The notes below the pieces were generated by a model, which made no database searches, was not told the origin of the DNA, and saw nothing but the letters and a program-made list of their open reading frames with translations. Below, piece after piece: positions 1 to 12,771 of a stretch of DNA of 64,000 nt (positions are counted from its first letter, which is position 1; every line of letters begins with the position of its first letter). The stretch comes from Daphnia carinata (lineage: Eukaryota). The DNA is taken from assembly GCF_022539665.2 (NCBI RefSeq), contig NC_081333.1, forward strand, positions 13,082,001-13,146,000, read 5' to 3'. A program made the position numbers and the translations under genes.

Positions 1-526
1 TTTTAAGGGTTCAATGATATCCAAATTAGTGAGTGTTGGAAGACACGGAATTGAGCTGAGATTACGTGGAGTTCAAAATGTTCTTATAAGAGTTCACGAA
101 ATTCGACACATATAAGAGACATCGCACACAATTTCACAATGTTTATTGTTCGACTACGAAAATTGAATGCACACATGCACGCTTCTGAGAACAAGAGAAA
201 CCTATACATTAAGTTTTCCGATGGAAATTCAGACGCGTTGAACTCTAACGAAAAACAGTTATTCGGCCTAATTGATGACGAGTTTTGCGTTGGACGAAGC
301 AAAAAAAAAATAATAAAATGAAATCGGACATGACAGATCGTGACGTTGCCACATTGTTCACAAATTATCGACAGTGCGACGCCTTTTTTCTTCTGCGTGA
401 TTATCGTGAATGGCAGTGAAGGACTGAACTCACTGGAGGATATTCGAGAAAATAATATAATGTGTTCTTAAATATATAAAATAACAATACACGTTATTTA
501 CAACCTTGTGCTATTCTAGCTGAAAG

Positions 527-2848
527 ATGCTATCTTCTTTGCTCAGGATTCTCTTTTTCCATGGTAAATATCTACCAATTATTTATTTTTTTCAAAAAAC
601 AAAACCTGGTTTGGAAAATCTCAGCATTCATCTGTAGACCTCACAATATAGATATCTTTTAATCTGTACCATATAATGTATTGCTGAAAAGAAACTGTAT
701 GTTCCATATTTATCAGTATTGTCTGTTAACAGCTAACTGTTCTGTCAGTCAAAAGTTACACTTGTTCTCACTCTCTTCTGTAATTACAGCCTTTCCCGTC
801 TTGCTAAGCAGTTCCTTAGTTAGCTGCACTGCGCCCAAAACTCAGCACTCTTGCGACAAAATTAATCTTATTGAGAGCTCAGCTGGACACATTTTTAGTC
901 CCTCTAGAGATTACGGCAATGGGAATGTTTCCTATCCATCTAGAGTGAACTGTGCATGGTACATCAAGATTCAGCCTGGTTCTGTCATCACTTTAAGGTG
1001 AAAAAGCTAAATATTTATATTATTTTCAATAACAATTGAATATCTTGTTTTTCAATAGTTTCTCTACATTTGACTTGGAGGAAGGGAGGCACCTCTGCAG
1101 TACCAAACCTTGTTGTGGTGATACGTGGCTCTCAATACTGAGCATTCCTTCTCACTCAGCACAGCCTTTGTTTAACTTTCCTGTTCAAGATACAGTCAAC
1201 TTTTTGTATTGTGGCTCTTTGTCACTCCCTCCATTGATCTTTTCTGGTTCTGGACTGATTTTGACGTTTAAAACGGGCGATATAATTACAGGAGGGAAAG
1301 GCTTCGTCCTCGACTTTACTATTGGTATATTACTTCATAAATATTTCGTATTTCAATTCACTGAGTGAAAAATTTCCATTCAGATAAACCCATGAGAAAT
1401 TATTGTGAGGACGATCACTTCCACTGCAGCAATGGCAAATGTATTCTTAAAACTTGGTTGTGCAATGGCTGGGACGAATGTGGAGATTCTTCCGACGAGC
1501 AAAATTGTACAGTGGCATGCAAAACAGGTTATTCTCATTGCAGTTCAAACAGTTCCCTTTGCTACGACTTTATCCACGGTCGATGTAATGGAATACTCGA
1601 TTGCCCTGGTGGAGAGGACGAACAAGCTTGTGGTCAGTTCTAGTCTTAAGTATTTCTATTTCCACTGACTGTTGATCGTTTTCTTTTGACACAATAGCCT
1701 TAACTTGTGGGAATCAACTTCCCTGTCGGACTCGAGGAGGCTGCTATAGATCGGCTCAGCGCTGTGACGGGATGAACGATTGCCCAGACGGATCAGACGA
1801 AGAAGCATGCGACGCGGCGCTTTGTGGACCACATCGCGACGGCTTTCTCTGCCGTAATCGACATTGTGTTTCAGCCTCAGCTCGTTGCGATGGAGTCCAA
1901 GATTGTGGCGATTTCAGCGATGAAGAGACTTGCATGAAGGTAGAAGTACTACATAAATTTTGCGAAGAAAAACAATTTAATGTTACGTTTCAGATGTCTG
2001 TCATCACGGCTGTCATTCTGGGCTCTTTGATTTGCGGCCTTTTACTTGTTATTGCTGCCGGGTGTGGATTGCGGTTGTACCACTTGAGAGTAGCCCTAGA
2101 ACAACGATGGTCGACCATTCGCCTTCAGCAACGCACCGTCCAGTATTTTAAAGATCATGACAGTTGTAACATTCACATTCAGCCATGTTTGTTTTTATAA
2201 TTTAGTAGTCAAGATTTTGACGAGTTCGGACACAGAAGACCCGTGATGGGCAGATTACCACCCCCGAGCTACGCCCAAGCCACGGGTGCTGTGGATGTTT
2301 CATCGTCGTCAAGGACCATCTCCCCACTGGGCACTTACGTTCCATCCCAACGTCAGAGACAATCGAATCGCGTCCGCCGTCCTGCCCCACCGTTGCCAGA
2401 ACCGCCAATGCCTTTACCATTACGGCTCTCTACGTCCGGTCCGTCCAGTGTTGAAGTGGAACTACGTGCACAGTTGTCCCCTAATGACATTACTGATCCA
2501 TTACCGCAACCAGCTCAGCCATCCTCTCATTTGGCTGCTGGAAGTTTCCTGGCCCGTCTAGTGAGGCGAGTCTGGAGAAAAGATTCATCATCCAATGGAG
2601 GTGGTGGATCTGGCGATGGAGTGTCTTTCTCTCCTTCATCGCCCAGCTCATCCAGCCTCCCTGACGCTCAGGGTCCGATTGCACAAGATATGCACATCAA
2701 TAGCGGAGGTGGCACGACCAATCCCAGTCGGACTGCCTATCATCTTTCTGCCTTCATTGCGCCCCGTTCAGATGATATTGACGATGCGGGAGACGACGAT
2801 GAAGACGACGTTGACACGGAACCTCTCATCGAGTCTCATAGTCCCTAA
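527..2848 (+). CDS. LRP3/LRP10/LRP12-like type I membrane receptor (signal peptide, CUB, several LDLa repeats, TM, Pro/Ser-rich tail); multi-exon
   Basis: ATG 527, exon 527-563 spliced to 790 gives the signal peptide MLSSLLRILFFHAFPVLLSSSLVSC. CUB motifs (GHIFSP, YPSRVNCAWYI, YCGS, GKGFVLDF), LDLa repeats (CSNGKCI...CNGWDECGDSSDE; CDGVQDCGDFSDE), TM SVITAVILGSLICGLLLVIAAGC, PPPSY motif and acidic dileucine-like DTEPLI near the C-terminus. Stop TAA at 2846-2848. Confidence 0.85.
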
Positions 2849-3934
2849 CTGTCCGTCATATTGATCTTTGTACATTTTGTCAGCCAACTATCAAAGAAAT
2901 ATCATATTTAATCTCATTTATCGAAGGGAAAAAAAAAGGAAAATCATATCATTAAGGGAAAAGAAATTGTAACAATATCACGAATATTGCATGAATTCTT
3001 GGGCAGATTGGTAAAGATCTGGATTGAGAAATGCAACCTTAAACTCTAAAAATAATATCAAGCTCCTAGGGAGGAAAACCTGCTTTAAATAATAAGAGTA
3101 AGCTACGGTATGGAACCAAACATTTTAGCTTGTTTTTAAGCCCTTCTGATTGGTAAGCCTGTTGTATGTGTGTGTTCAATATGAACGTGTGTATGTGTGC
3201 TAAAATGTACAGCCTTATTTTGAAATAAGATAAATTTTTATGTTAGTCGCCGTTCCCCCCCTTTTCATTTCCTTGTGTGCATCACTTTTAGGAAACCGAT
3301 GTGGGTTGGAGTAACCTTGGACGATTTAATTTTATGTTTTGTCGCTATGAAATATTGTAACTCTAAACCCCGACCTAATTAGATTTAATTTCGAAGTTTT
3401 CACGGAATTCAGTTTACACCGGTTTTACATGTAAACGTTCCAGTTGACAGGTTTTAAGTTAGTAACATCAACCAAGTGTAAATAGCTGTGAGTTATTTTG
3501 ACATTTGACGAGTGGATGTCTTATTCTTATCGCGCTGGTTTGTTGTATTTACAATATTTAAAGATATCTGAAACAAATGAAACCAACACCGGGCTGGAAA
3601 TTAAAAAACAAAACAAAAAAAAGCTGAAAAACGATGATGGCTTAATCGTTTTGACGGCTACCGTAGTGTCCAGACACAGAAAACGGAAGCAAAAATGAAA
3701 GGAACGGGGCGTGGGAAGATAAACACAGACAATTATTTTAATTCTACTGCGCTGCAAAAAAAAAAGAGAAAAACATTCAAGAATTTGATAGTTTAAATAC
3801 CAGCAATTACTAGGTGGTTTTTCTTTCGTCGACGAATGGCGACTGCGTATTGATGATAGACGTGATGAAACACTACTTCTTTGATTCGCACAATTGCTAA
3901 TTACACAAGATATCCAACAGAGCGTCACAGTTTT

Positions 3935-5582
3935 TCAAGATGGTCGGCGGATGTCGTTCATGGCGTATTTGCTTGTCCAATTGCGAGCAACAGCGTTAAA
4001 ACGGGCTCGTTTGTTTATGTACATCTCGGCTACATCAGCCTCCATGGCCACGGCGCAAAAAGGGTCCGTCAATAAGCTCTGTACCGATATAAGCACCTAA
4101 AATATCAGAAATAATCAAAGTAATATGGCTAGGGCTAAGTAATTAGGCATAGGGCTAAATGATCTGATCATACCTTGGCTATGGTTAGGGCAAGACTCCA
4201 GTTATGCTGGATACAGTCCAGTCCAATATCACCGTGTCGTGAGATATTCGGATGAAAGATCTTTGTCGCAAAGCGTACCGAAGGTGGCCGGATGGGATAG
4301 CTGTGTGGAATCTGAACGTGCAAGTAGAAAACGCCTCCCTCATAGGGGCTGCTCGTCGGTCCTGTAATGGATGCTTGCCAATGACTCCATGCTCGATCTA
4401 GTGGGGTAGCTCGAATTCCTTCAGGAGGATCCGTACAAAATACTACAAGGAAATATTTATCAGCGAATTTACAACTTGTAGAAAATAATTTTTTACTCAC
4501 TCCGCCATTCATTACAGAGGCGATTGTTACGCCAGTGATTTGAAGGCTCCCAAGCTCCTTCCTCTTCAACGTTCGAACGGTGTAAGCAATACAAACACGG
4601 AGAACTATCTACTCTAAAATGGAAAACAAATCAGTGCACAAGTTCGTGGAAGGAAAAGGAGTTCGAATTTTACAAGTTGGAAAAAACTCCGGCCCATTCT
4701 GCTACCGCATAGTTGGGTCGAAAGAGTGGCCATCTTCGGAAAGTGAATTGATTCCATTGATCGTTGGTTATGCATTCGGCTACAAGCTGCTGCCACCTCT
4801 TACAAACTTTTGAGGCGCTCCATAACGATATATCGTCCAGATGCGAAAATACCTCCATTAGCACTGCCATAATTTTGGAGAACAATAATACAGTCATTAG
4901 CTACATAATTTCTATTCACTGTTTTCAATGCCACTCACATTCTGGGGGTAATGCCTGTACTGCCGTCAGTATGGAGTCTGCTAGTCTTGGGGTAGAAAGG
5001 AGGGACAGCTGTTCGGCAAGCCTAGCAAATGAAAAGGAATCTATAGGAAATCAGCTATGGGTTTTGATGTCTGAAACGAACCTGTCAATTTTGAGGGGTG
5101 CTACAGCCCATCGATATGGCTCTGCCCTTCTAGGTGCAGCAGGTGAGAGGGCTGGATGGGAACAATTTTGTCCATGAGAGCCACAGTAACCATTATCCTT
5201 GAAATCAGTTGGCAAATCAGTTGGTTCATCATTTCCAGAGTCTTCATCATCTGTCTTATGCTGGGTAAACAAAGTTATTATTCAGCACAACGGAAGGATA
5301 CGAACAAAACATTTATTCGAAGAGAAAATTTACTTCACTAAAATTGGCCTCTGCTGGTTGATTGATGTTGTCTGGGAACAGAAAAAGGTGGCAGGTGGTG
5401 CAAGCGTGTTGACCAAAACAGGGCCCATAATAGCCATCACAGTGACTACAGACTTGGTTGGGAAAGTTGAAGGAATCATCAACCAGTTCCTCTACAGCCA
5501 GAGGGTCAACAAGGATGTCTCCTTCATCAACCCAAGCTAAATCGTCTTGGCCTTCATCGTCGACATCATTCCTCGAAGCCAT
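3935..5582 (-). CDS. morgue: Morgue homolog: zinc finger + F-box + ubiquitin-conjugating (E2) variant domain; multi-exon
   Basis: Zinc finger CSHCDGYYGPCFGQHACTTCH, F-box (VLMEVFSHLDDISLWSASKVCKRWQQL) and UBC fold (SPYEGGVFYL..YPIRPPSVRFATKIFHPNISRHGDIGLDCIQHNWS) with Gly at the catalytic Cys position. Last exon VLISVQSLLTDP...RRPS* with stop at 3935-3937. Start at ATG 5582 is tentative. Confidence 0.88.
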
Positions 5583-5872
5583 ATTATTTGGAATCACAAC
5601 GATATTGCCGCTTCCTTCATTGGCCAAGTATTCGGCAGCATGTCAAGGTCGTTTTTCGGCCAAAGTTATCCTATTCAAACTTATATTTCGTTGGCGTTGA
5701 AAGTAATATTACTTAAGTTATGTACAGCAACAGCTTTGCAAGCTATAACACATTAGGGAAGGTTTTTTAAGGTATGCAAATGAAGACACTTTTGATTTCA
5801 AGCAGCAAAGGAATTTGAGTAAACTGCAATGCAGTTGACATCAGCTGAGATGTACGGAAGAGGATCAAAATT

Positions 5873-5887
5873 CCGCTAGATGGTAGT
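5873..5887 (+). promoter_or_regulatory. CTCF-like motif upstream of morgue
   Basis: ccgctagatggtagt resembles the insect CTCF consensus CCRCTAGATGGCGC; motif match only. Confidence 0.3.
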
Positions 5888-8459
5888 ATAATCATGTAAA
5901 CAAACTCTAATATTTATTTGTTTACAGGAATTTCCTGGATTCATGAAGCTACTGGGGTTCTATTTAAACAGATGGCTTTAAGCCAAGATTGCAAAAATAA
6001 TTTTGACTTGCTGGAAACAGAAAAATCAGAAAATATATTTAAACAAGTTGGCTTTTTTATGGCTTTGCGAAGATGCCAAAGACGAAAAGTTAACTTCTTT
6101 TCCCATGAAAAAGCATGAGAGACGTGCAACATCTATATCTTAACCACTCGTCAAATCTTGGACCTGATATAAAATGAAACTAGTTTGTGAAAGCATTTAA
6201 AAGTAAAGTTTTAAGTTCGAAATCGCAACGACTATCAATATTGTATGAAAATTGTTTGTAGGGGTTAATAAAAGGCTCAGGTATGTGTCCATCTTTATTT
6301 AATGATCTACCGCAAATGACACGTATGAACAATAAAGACCAGTCACGGAATTTGAAATTATTGAACGTTACGAAATTTTGGAAACGGTTTTGGAATTTGG
6401 ATATCCCTTAGGTATTTTATGCATTTTCGGTGTTACGTTCTTTTGTTTTGTTTTTTCCCGCATGGAATTCCGCATTTTTAGGCAATCCCCCTTTTTATCG
6501 TGAACCGCTGTGAAACATGACACCAAGACTTCCGAATTCTGTAATGGTTAAAAGACAAATGAACGTTCACAGGATGTATAGAATAAAGATCGTAAGTTTC
6601 ATTGTGTTTGTATCTAATGTCATCCAGTCATAGCCTTAGTAATATCTTTTGCATTTATAACTTAATTACACTATTTTTCGTTCTTTGTCTGCCGAAAAAG
6701 TGCTTTCATTGTGTGTAATCACATGACAAGTAGTGGTAGGTTGCTCATTGTTTCATAAGCTTTTCATTGCCTCTTCAATTAGGAGGAAATCGTTGGTCTC
6801 TGGCGAACACGAGACCGTGTATCTTACTTTGTAATGCCCGTCGGTACAACAGTATACAAATGGATCAACATTGTAAGTGATACATGTTTGTTGACAGGAA
6901 CAAGTTAACATCAACATTCATTTCCCATTCTGCATTCTCCTTCTTTCTTATCTAGAGGAAAGGAAGGATAAAGTCCACACTGGATGGGCTGCTTACCAGG
7001 TCGTGCCCTTTTGCCATCTGTAGATGATGATGGCAGCCACTGACTGCTGCACCCCTCAGAACTGATAGAAATTCATCGAGTGCTGGCCGGCGACGAGATT
7101 CTTTGATCGCCTGACCTCGGATTCAAATTGGCATCTTATACATACGGACGAGGTGGCTATAGTTTTGCCTTTTAGTTTATCTCCTCCGTCCCCCTTTAAC
7201 TTGTATAACTGCCAACGACCTTGTGAAATGGTTCTTGTCATCTTTCCAAGAGTTTTTTTAAGTTCACAACAGTCGGAAAATTCCCGAAAACAAAACAAGT
7301 CTAGGGCATATTTCAAGGTTATAGCCTACTGTTACATATTGGATGGAAGACGAACATCTAATGTAAGTATTACTTTCTATATTGAAAAAACTGTTTGTAT
7401 GGCTAGTTGTGACATTGGCGATTCCCAGACAGACGCCATATGATCGTCGTTAACTTCAACCAAACAGACAAAGATTGAGGCGTGCGCTTCTGCAAAGGAC
7501 GACTTGCCGTACCCACCCATCTATTTGAAAATATTTAAAGTCAGTACCAAGTTGCAGAACGAGTCCCATTTCAAAATTTGTTTGATTTGGGACAGTCCGA
7601 TTTCCTATTACAATTTATCTTGACGTGTTTCAACAGTAAAACTAGCAGCCCCTACAAACATTAAGAAAACATACGGTATCATATAAACTTGTGTCCTCAC
7701 AGCCTTTTAGGCATAGATATTCTACCTTCGGCCTTGACATGGGTGATATCATATGATATATGGTAGACATACGCTGTAGGGTTTTGATATCGAACGGACG
7801 TGCTCAAAGATCGTCGCATTATACAGTTAAGATGCTGTAGAAACATAGGGCAAAGCAAAACATCTCTTGGAAAGATTATACATTTGAATATGTTCGATAT
7901 AGACTGATGTGAACTGTAATTCTTTTGATTTAGCAGTGTCAGCAGGAAAAACCCAGAAAAGTTTATGGCGACGTCATTAAGCAATACGCGTCAATCTCGG
8001 ATTCACTTATCGCTGTGGAATGAAGGAACTCGTGGAGAAAAAGGATACCATCTGCTTCATTGCGTTGATGTCAAGGGTCGGCATCAGCCACTGGCGTCCT
8101 CTTCGACTTCGCTCTTATCTTTGACTTGAGCTTCATCCAATATTCATCGGCAAACGACTACACAAATTTTTTTCATGTCGTCCATCATATAATGGAACTG
8201 AAAAAACTTCTGCCACTACATAACATCCGCGGACTTGGCAGTAGCAGCAGAACAAGTGCCAAATTGTTCTATTCCACATCTCGACCACCGAGCTCCATTA
8301 CTCGTCGCCAATCGCAGCAGCCAAGGATTTCCTACATTTTTGTAGTACGGTTAGTTAGCGGATTAAGTCTGTCTCAAAATGATGTCGTTTCATTACCTGT
8401 TAAAATGTTTCTGTTTTCCGCATTTCAGGTAACGTTGAATAGGAGAGTTGAAATAAAAA

Positions 8460-11400
8460 ATGAGGCGGGCGAATAGGCCTCCAAATGGTGTGTTCCTGGC
8501 CGGCTTAGTCGGATTAGCTGTCGTTTTCACTTGTGGCTTCATCTCGACCGCAGTGGCAGCGCCGTTAGAAAATGTTGAATCGTCTTTGTCCGATGAGGTA
8601 CCATAACTGCTAATTTGTTTTTTAAGATGGCTAATTTCTTTTGTTTAATTGAAAACGCCATTAGATGATGACGATTCACAAAGTTGGTCGTAGGTGGATT
8701 CCCGTTCGAGTAAGAATCAATCACGAAGAAGAGACAATTTGGTCGGTTCCAGTTTCGACACACGGTGATCACCATGAGCTGGAGACACTCTACGATTTCA
8801 AAGCTGTAAAAATCGATTCTCGTTTTTCAATTCATCATTGTTTGGTTCTAATTTTTCTTTTAAAAAATGCAGGGAATTGCAGTTTATCGGGCCGAAGGTG
8901 AAAACATCTGCTACGTTGAACAGTTGGCTGACCTAAAATTCGATCAACAATTGAAGGCCATTAAGGAGCGATCGCTTCACAAATTGTTCGTCAGACAGGC
9001 GCCGCGCACGTTATACATCGTCAATGCAACGGTATTTTCCTACACGTTTTTAAACTAATTTATTCTTGTCTTTACATTGGTGAATAATAGACGGATCTGA
9101 CCGATGCGCGATTAAATGCCATCTGTGAAGGAAGAGAAATCCACATGTTGATCAGCGATCTGGAACAAGCAACTCAACTGATGGAAGGTATTTATCTATA
9201 ATGTTAACAACGCCATCTAGTGGTCGATTTCAAAATCAATTCCCGGAAACGCAGAGAACAGCGAGACGCCCAAAGTGAGATCAAAGAGATCAGCCCACCC
9301 GCCGCAACAGACTTCACGATCGGAGTCTTCGAGCTCCTGGGAATCCTCCTCATCTAGCAGCAGTAGAAACGGACAACTCCAGACTTCCAGCAATTCGGAG
9401 AAGTCACAGAGTTCATCTACCGACCAGTCTGGTACCAAGAATCACAGACGCTGGGAAACTGCCAGTGCATCCAGCACCAATGGACCTGGCAAAGGACCGG
9501 TGGCTTGGACTGGTCCCATTCCTCGTGATGCGACCGTCACTCAAACGGCCGGCTCATCTCAGAAAACGTATACGTGGAAGGTGACGGATGCCAACGGTTA
9601 CACGACTACTCACACGTATACAGGACCACTGGGACCCGACAGAACTCCCGTTCGAATCCAAATGCCTTCAGAGCTGGACGTAGGTGGTCCGAGTCCCAGC
9701 AGTTCGAGCCGATCGTCCAATGCTCAGACTGGGCCCATTCCCCGCGATGCGACCGTCACTCAAGAGGCCGGATCATCTCAGAAAACGTACACGTGGAAAG
9801 TGAAGGATGCCAACGGTTACACGACTACTCACACGTATACGGGATCACTGGGCCCCGACAGAACTCCCATTCGAATCCAAATGCCTTCAGAGTTGGACGT
9901 AGGTGGTCCGAGTCCCAGCATTTCTGGCCGCCGACCTGTCAGTTCATGGACTGGTCCCATTCCCCGCGATGCAACCGTCACTCAAGAGGCTGGATCGTCT
10001 CAGAAAACGTACACGTGGAAAGTGAAGGATGCCAACGGTTACACAACGACCCATTCGTATACAGGCCCATTGGGACCCGACAGAACTCTCGTTCGAATCC
10101 GAATGCCTTCAGAGCTGGACGGAGGTGGGACGAATACCAGCATTTTGAGCCGATCGTCCAAGGCTTGGACTGGACCTATCCCTCGCGACGCTACCGTCAC
10201 CCAGACGCCCGGCTCTTCTCACAAGACGTACACCTGGAAGGTGACGGACGCCAACGGCTACACGACGACTCACACGTATACGGGATCGTTAGGAGCTGAC
10301 CGAATACCCATTCAATTGGACTTGGTTTCCAATACAGCAGCCAGTAGTCTCGAGCGGTCACGAACGCAACAACCAACTCGCCATCTTGTTGCTGAATCAC
10401 GCACTTTCGAACAACAGCAATCTGCAATTCAACAACGGCAGCAACAACGTCAACAGCAATCATCGGCATCCCAGTTGGCTGACTGCACCTCGCAGGAACA
10501 AAAGCAACAGCGTGGAGCCAATATCGAGGACCAACGGCGTGCGGCTCACCAAGAGGAAGAATATTCCCATCAAGAATGGGAGCGTCATGAAGAGCACGAG
10601 CCAGAAGAAGAGATCGGTCAAGTTGAGAGTCAGCAAGTACTTCGTGGACAGAAACAACAACGTCAACAGCAATCATCGACATCCCAGTCTTCTACCCGAG
10701 GTTTGCAGCAGCAACAGCGTGGAATCAATGTCGAAGGACAACAACGTGCGGCTCACCAAGAAGAAGAATATTCCAAACAAGAATGGGAGCATCAGGAAGA
10801 GGACGAGCTAGAAGAGGACGATCAAGTTGAAAGACAGCAAGTACTTCGGGGAGAGAAACAACAACGTCAACAGCAATCATCGTCATCCCAGACGTCTAAC
10901 CGCAGCTCGCAGCAACAAAAGCAACAGCAACAGCGTGGAATCGTTACCGAGGAACAACGACTAGCGGCTCGCCAAGAAGAAAATTCCAATCCAGAATGGG
11001 AGGGTCAGGAAGAGCTAGAAGAGGTCGGTCAAATTGAAAGACAGCAAGTACTACAGGGACAGAAACAACAACGTCAACAGCAATCATCCACATCCCAGTC
11101 TTCTAACCGCGGCTCGCAGCAGCAAAAGCAACAGCATCAATCCGTTACCGAGGAACAACGACGGGCGAATCGCAAAGAAGAATATTCCGGCCAAGAATGG
11201 GAGCGTCAGGAAGAGCACGAGCCAGAAGAGGTCGGTCAAGTTGACAGACGGCAAGTTCACCGGGAACAGAAACAACAACGTCAACAGCAATCATCGACAT
11301 CCCAGGCGTCTAACCGCAGCTCGCAACAACAAAAGCAACAGCAACAGCGTGGAATCATTACCGAGGAACAACGACTAGCGGCTCGCCAAGAAGAAAATTC

Positions 11401-12771
11401 TAATCAAGAATTGGAGCATCAGGAAGAGCACGAGCCAGAAGAAGAGGTCAATCAAGTTGAGAGTCAGCAAGTACTTCGGGGACAGAAACAACAACGTCAA
11501 CAGCAATCATCGACATCCCTGTCTTCTAACCGCGGCTCGCAGCAGCAAAAGCAACAGCATCAAGTCGTTACCGAGGAACAACGACGGGGCTCGCCAAGAA
11601 GAAAATTCTAATCAAGAATGGGAGCGTCAGGAAGAGCTAGAAGAGGTTGGTCAAGTTGAAAGACAGCAAGTACTACCGGGAACAGAAACAACAACGTCAG
11701 CAACAGTCATCCACATCCCAGTCTTCTACCCGAGGTTTGCAGCAGAAACAGCAACAGCGTGGAGTCAATATCGAAGGACAACAACGTGCGGAGGAATATT
11801 CCCATCAAGAATGGGAGCGTCAGGAAGAGCACGAGCCAGAAGAGGACGATCAAGTTGAAAGACAGCAAGTACTACAGGGACAGAAACAACAACGTCAACA
11901 GCAATCATCGACATCCCAATCAACAAGCCGCACTTCGCAGCAACAAAAGCAACAGCGTCGAGTCGATAACGAGGACCAACGACGGGGGGCTCGCCAAGAA
12001 GAACATTCCCATCAAGAATGGGAGCATCAGGAAGAGCACGAGCTAGAAGAGGTCGGTCAAGTTGAGAGACAGCAAGTACGTCAGGGACAGAAACAACGTC
12101 AACAGCAATCATCGACATCCCAGTCGTCTAACCGCGGCTCGCAGCAGCAAAAGCAACAGCATCAAGTCGTTACCGAGGAACAACGGCGGAGGGCTCGCCA
12201 AGAAGAAAATTCCAATCGGGAATGGGGACGTCAGGAAGAGCACGAAGAGGTCAATCAGTTTGAGAGGCAGCCAGCACGCTATGGGCAGAAACAACAACGC
12301 CAACAACAGTCATCGACATCTCAATCGACTAGCCGCGGTTCGCAGCAGCAAAAGCAACAAATCGTTACCGAGGAACAACGACGTGCGGCTCGCAAAGAAG
12401 AAGAACAATCCCAACAAATTAGAAAGCGAAAGTTAGAGAGTAACAGCAGCAATGGAACTAGCAGCAGCAATGTAACTAGCAGTAGTCACACCAAGTACAT
12501 TAGCACTGGTTTCGTGCCACTTGGCAGTCAACCAATCAATATCCAGCTGCAACCGGCACTCATGGTGCCTTTTCTTTTTTCGCCTTCCGTTGCATCGTTG
12601 TTGTCCAGCTCAATGTCGGCTTCTTCGTCGTCTTCGTCGAAAAATGGCTCGTCGTCGTCGACGGTGTGCCAAACTTCTGGTTACACGAAGAAATGCCAAT
12701 TTGTCTACGGTCCCGAAAAGACGACGAAAATTTGCGAACTGGTACCCGTCGAATCGACTGGAAATTGCTAA
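8460..12771 (+). CDS. Secreted BRICHOS-like preproprotein, copy A (4 beta-rich repeats, Gln/Glu-rich repeats, Cys-rich tail); disrupted by 2 indels
   Basis: Exons 8460-8597, 8665-8805, 8873-9031, 9091-9187, 9255-12771. Hydrophobic N-terminus, BRICHOS-like motifs (LYDFKAGIAVYR..NICYV; AICEGREIHML), furin site RSKR. Frameshifts near 11587 (-2) and 11675 (+1). Early TAA removes the terminal CSIC seen in copy B. Confidence 0.72.
9500..10320 (+). repeat. Four coding tandem repeats of ~220 bp (WTGPIPRDATVTQ..TYTWKVxDANGYTTTHxYTGxLG)
   Basis: Directly visible in ORF 9275..11611. Two copies of the same unit occur at ~16510-16890. Confidence 0.95.
10430..12410 (+). repeat. Coding Gln/Glu-rich tandem repeats (~170-185 bp; QKQQRQQQSSTSQSS...EEYSHQEWERQEEHEPEE)
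   Basis: About 11 recurrences of the motif cagaaacaacaacgtcaacagcaatcatc. Confidence 0.92.

Noticed and set aside
3498..3928. ORFs between the LRP-like gene and morgue
   Set aside because: Low-complexity, A/T-run-rich 3' UTR or intergenic sequence with no protein motifs.
6100..6560. Possible MITE fragments (cacggaatt/ggaattccgc words, also near 45-110 and 3400)
   Set aside because: No TIR pair or TSD could be delimited by eye.
9241..9254. Apparent +1 frameshift (extra G) in BRICHOS copy A relative to copy B
   Set aside because: Using the acceptor at 9253-9254 gives a normal 67-nt intron and an in-frame exon (ENSETPKVRSKR), so the extra base is intronic. The alternative 33-nt intron is implausibly short.
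9500..10320. Horizontal transfer of a bacterial adhesin repeat (TDANG motif)
   Set aside because: Similarity is limited to one short hairpin motif within an intron-containing host gene, which is insufficient without a search.
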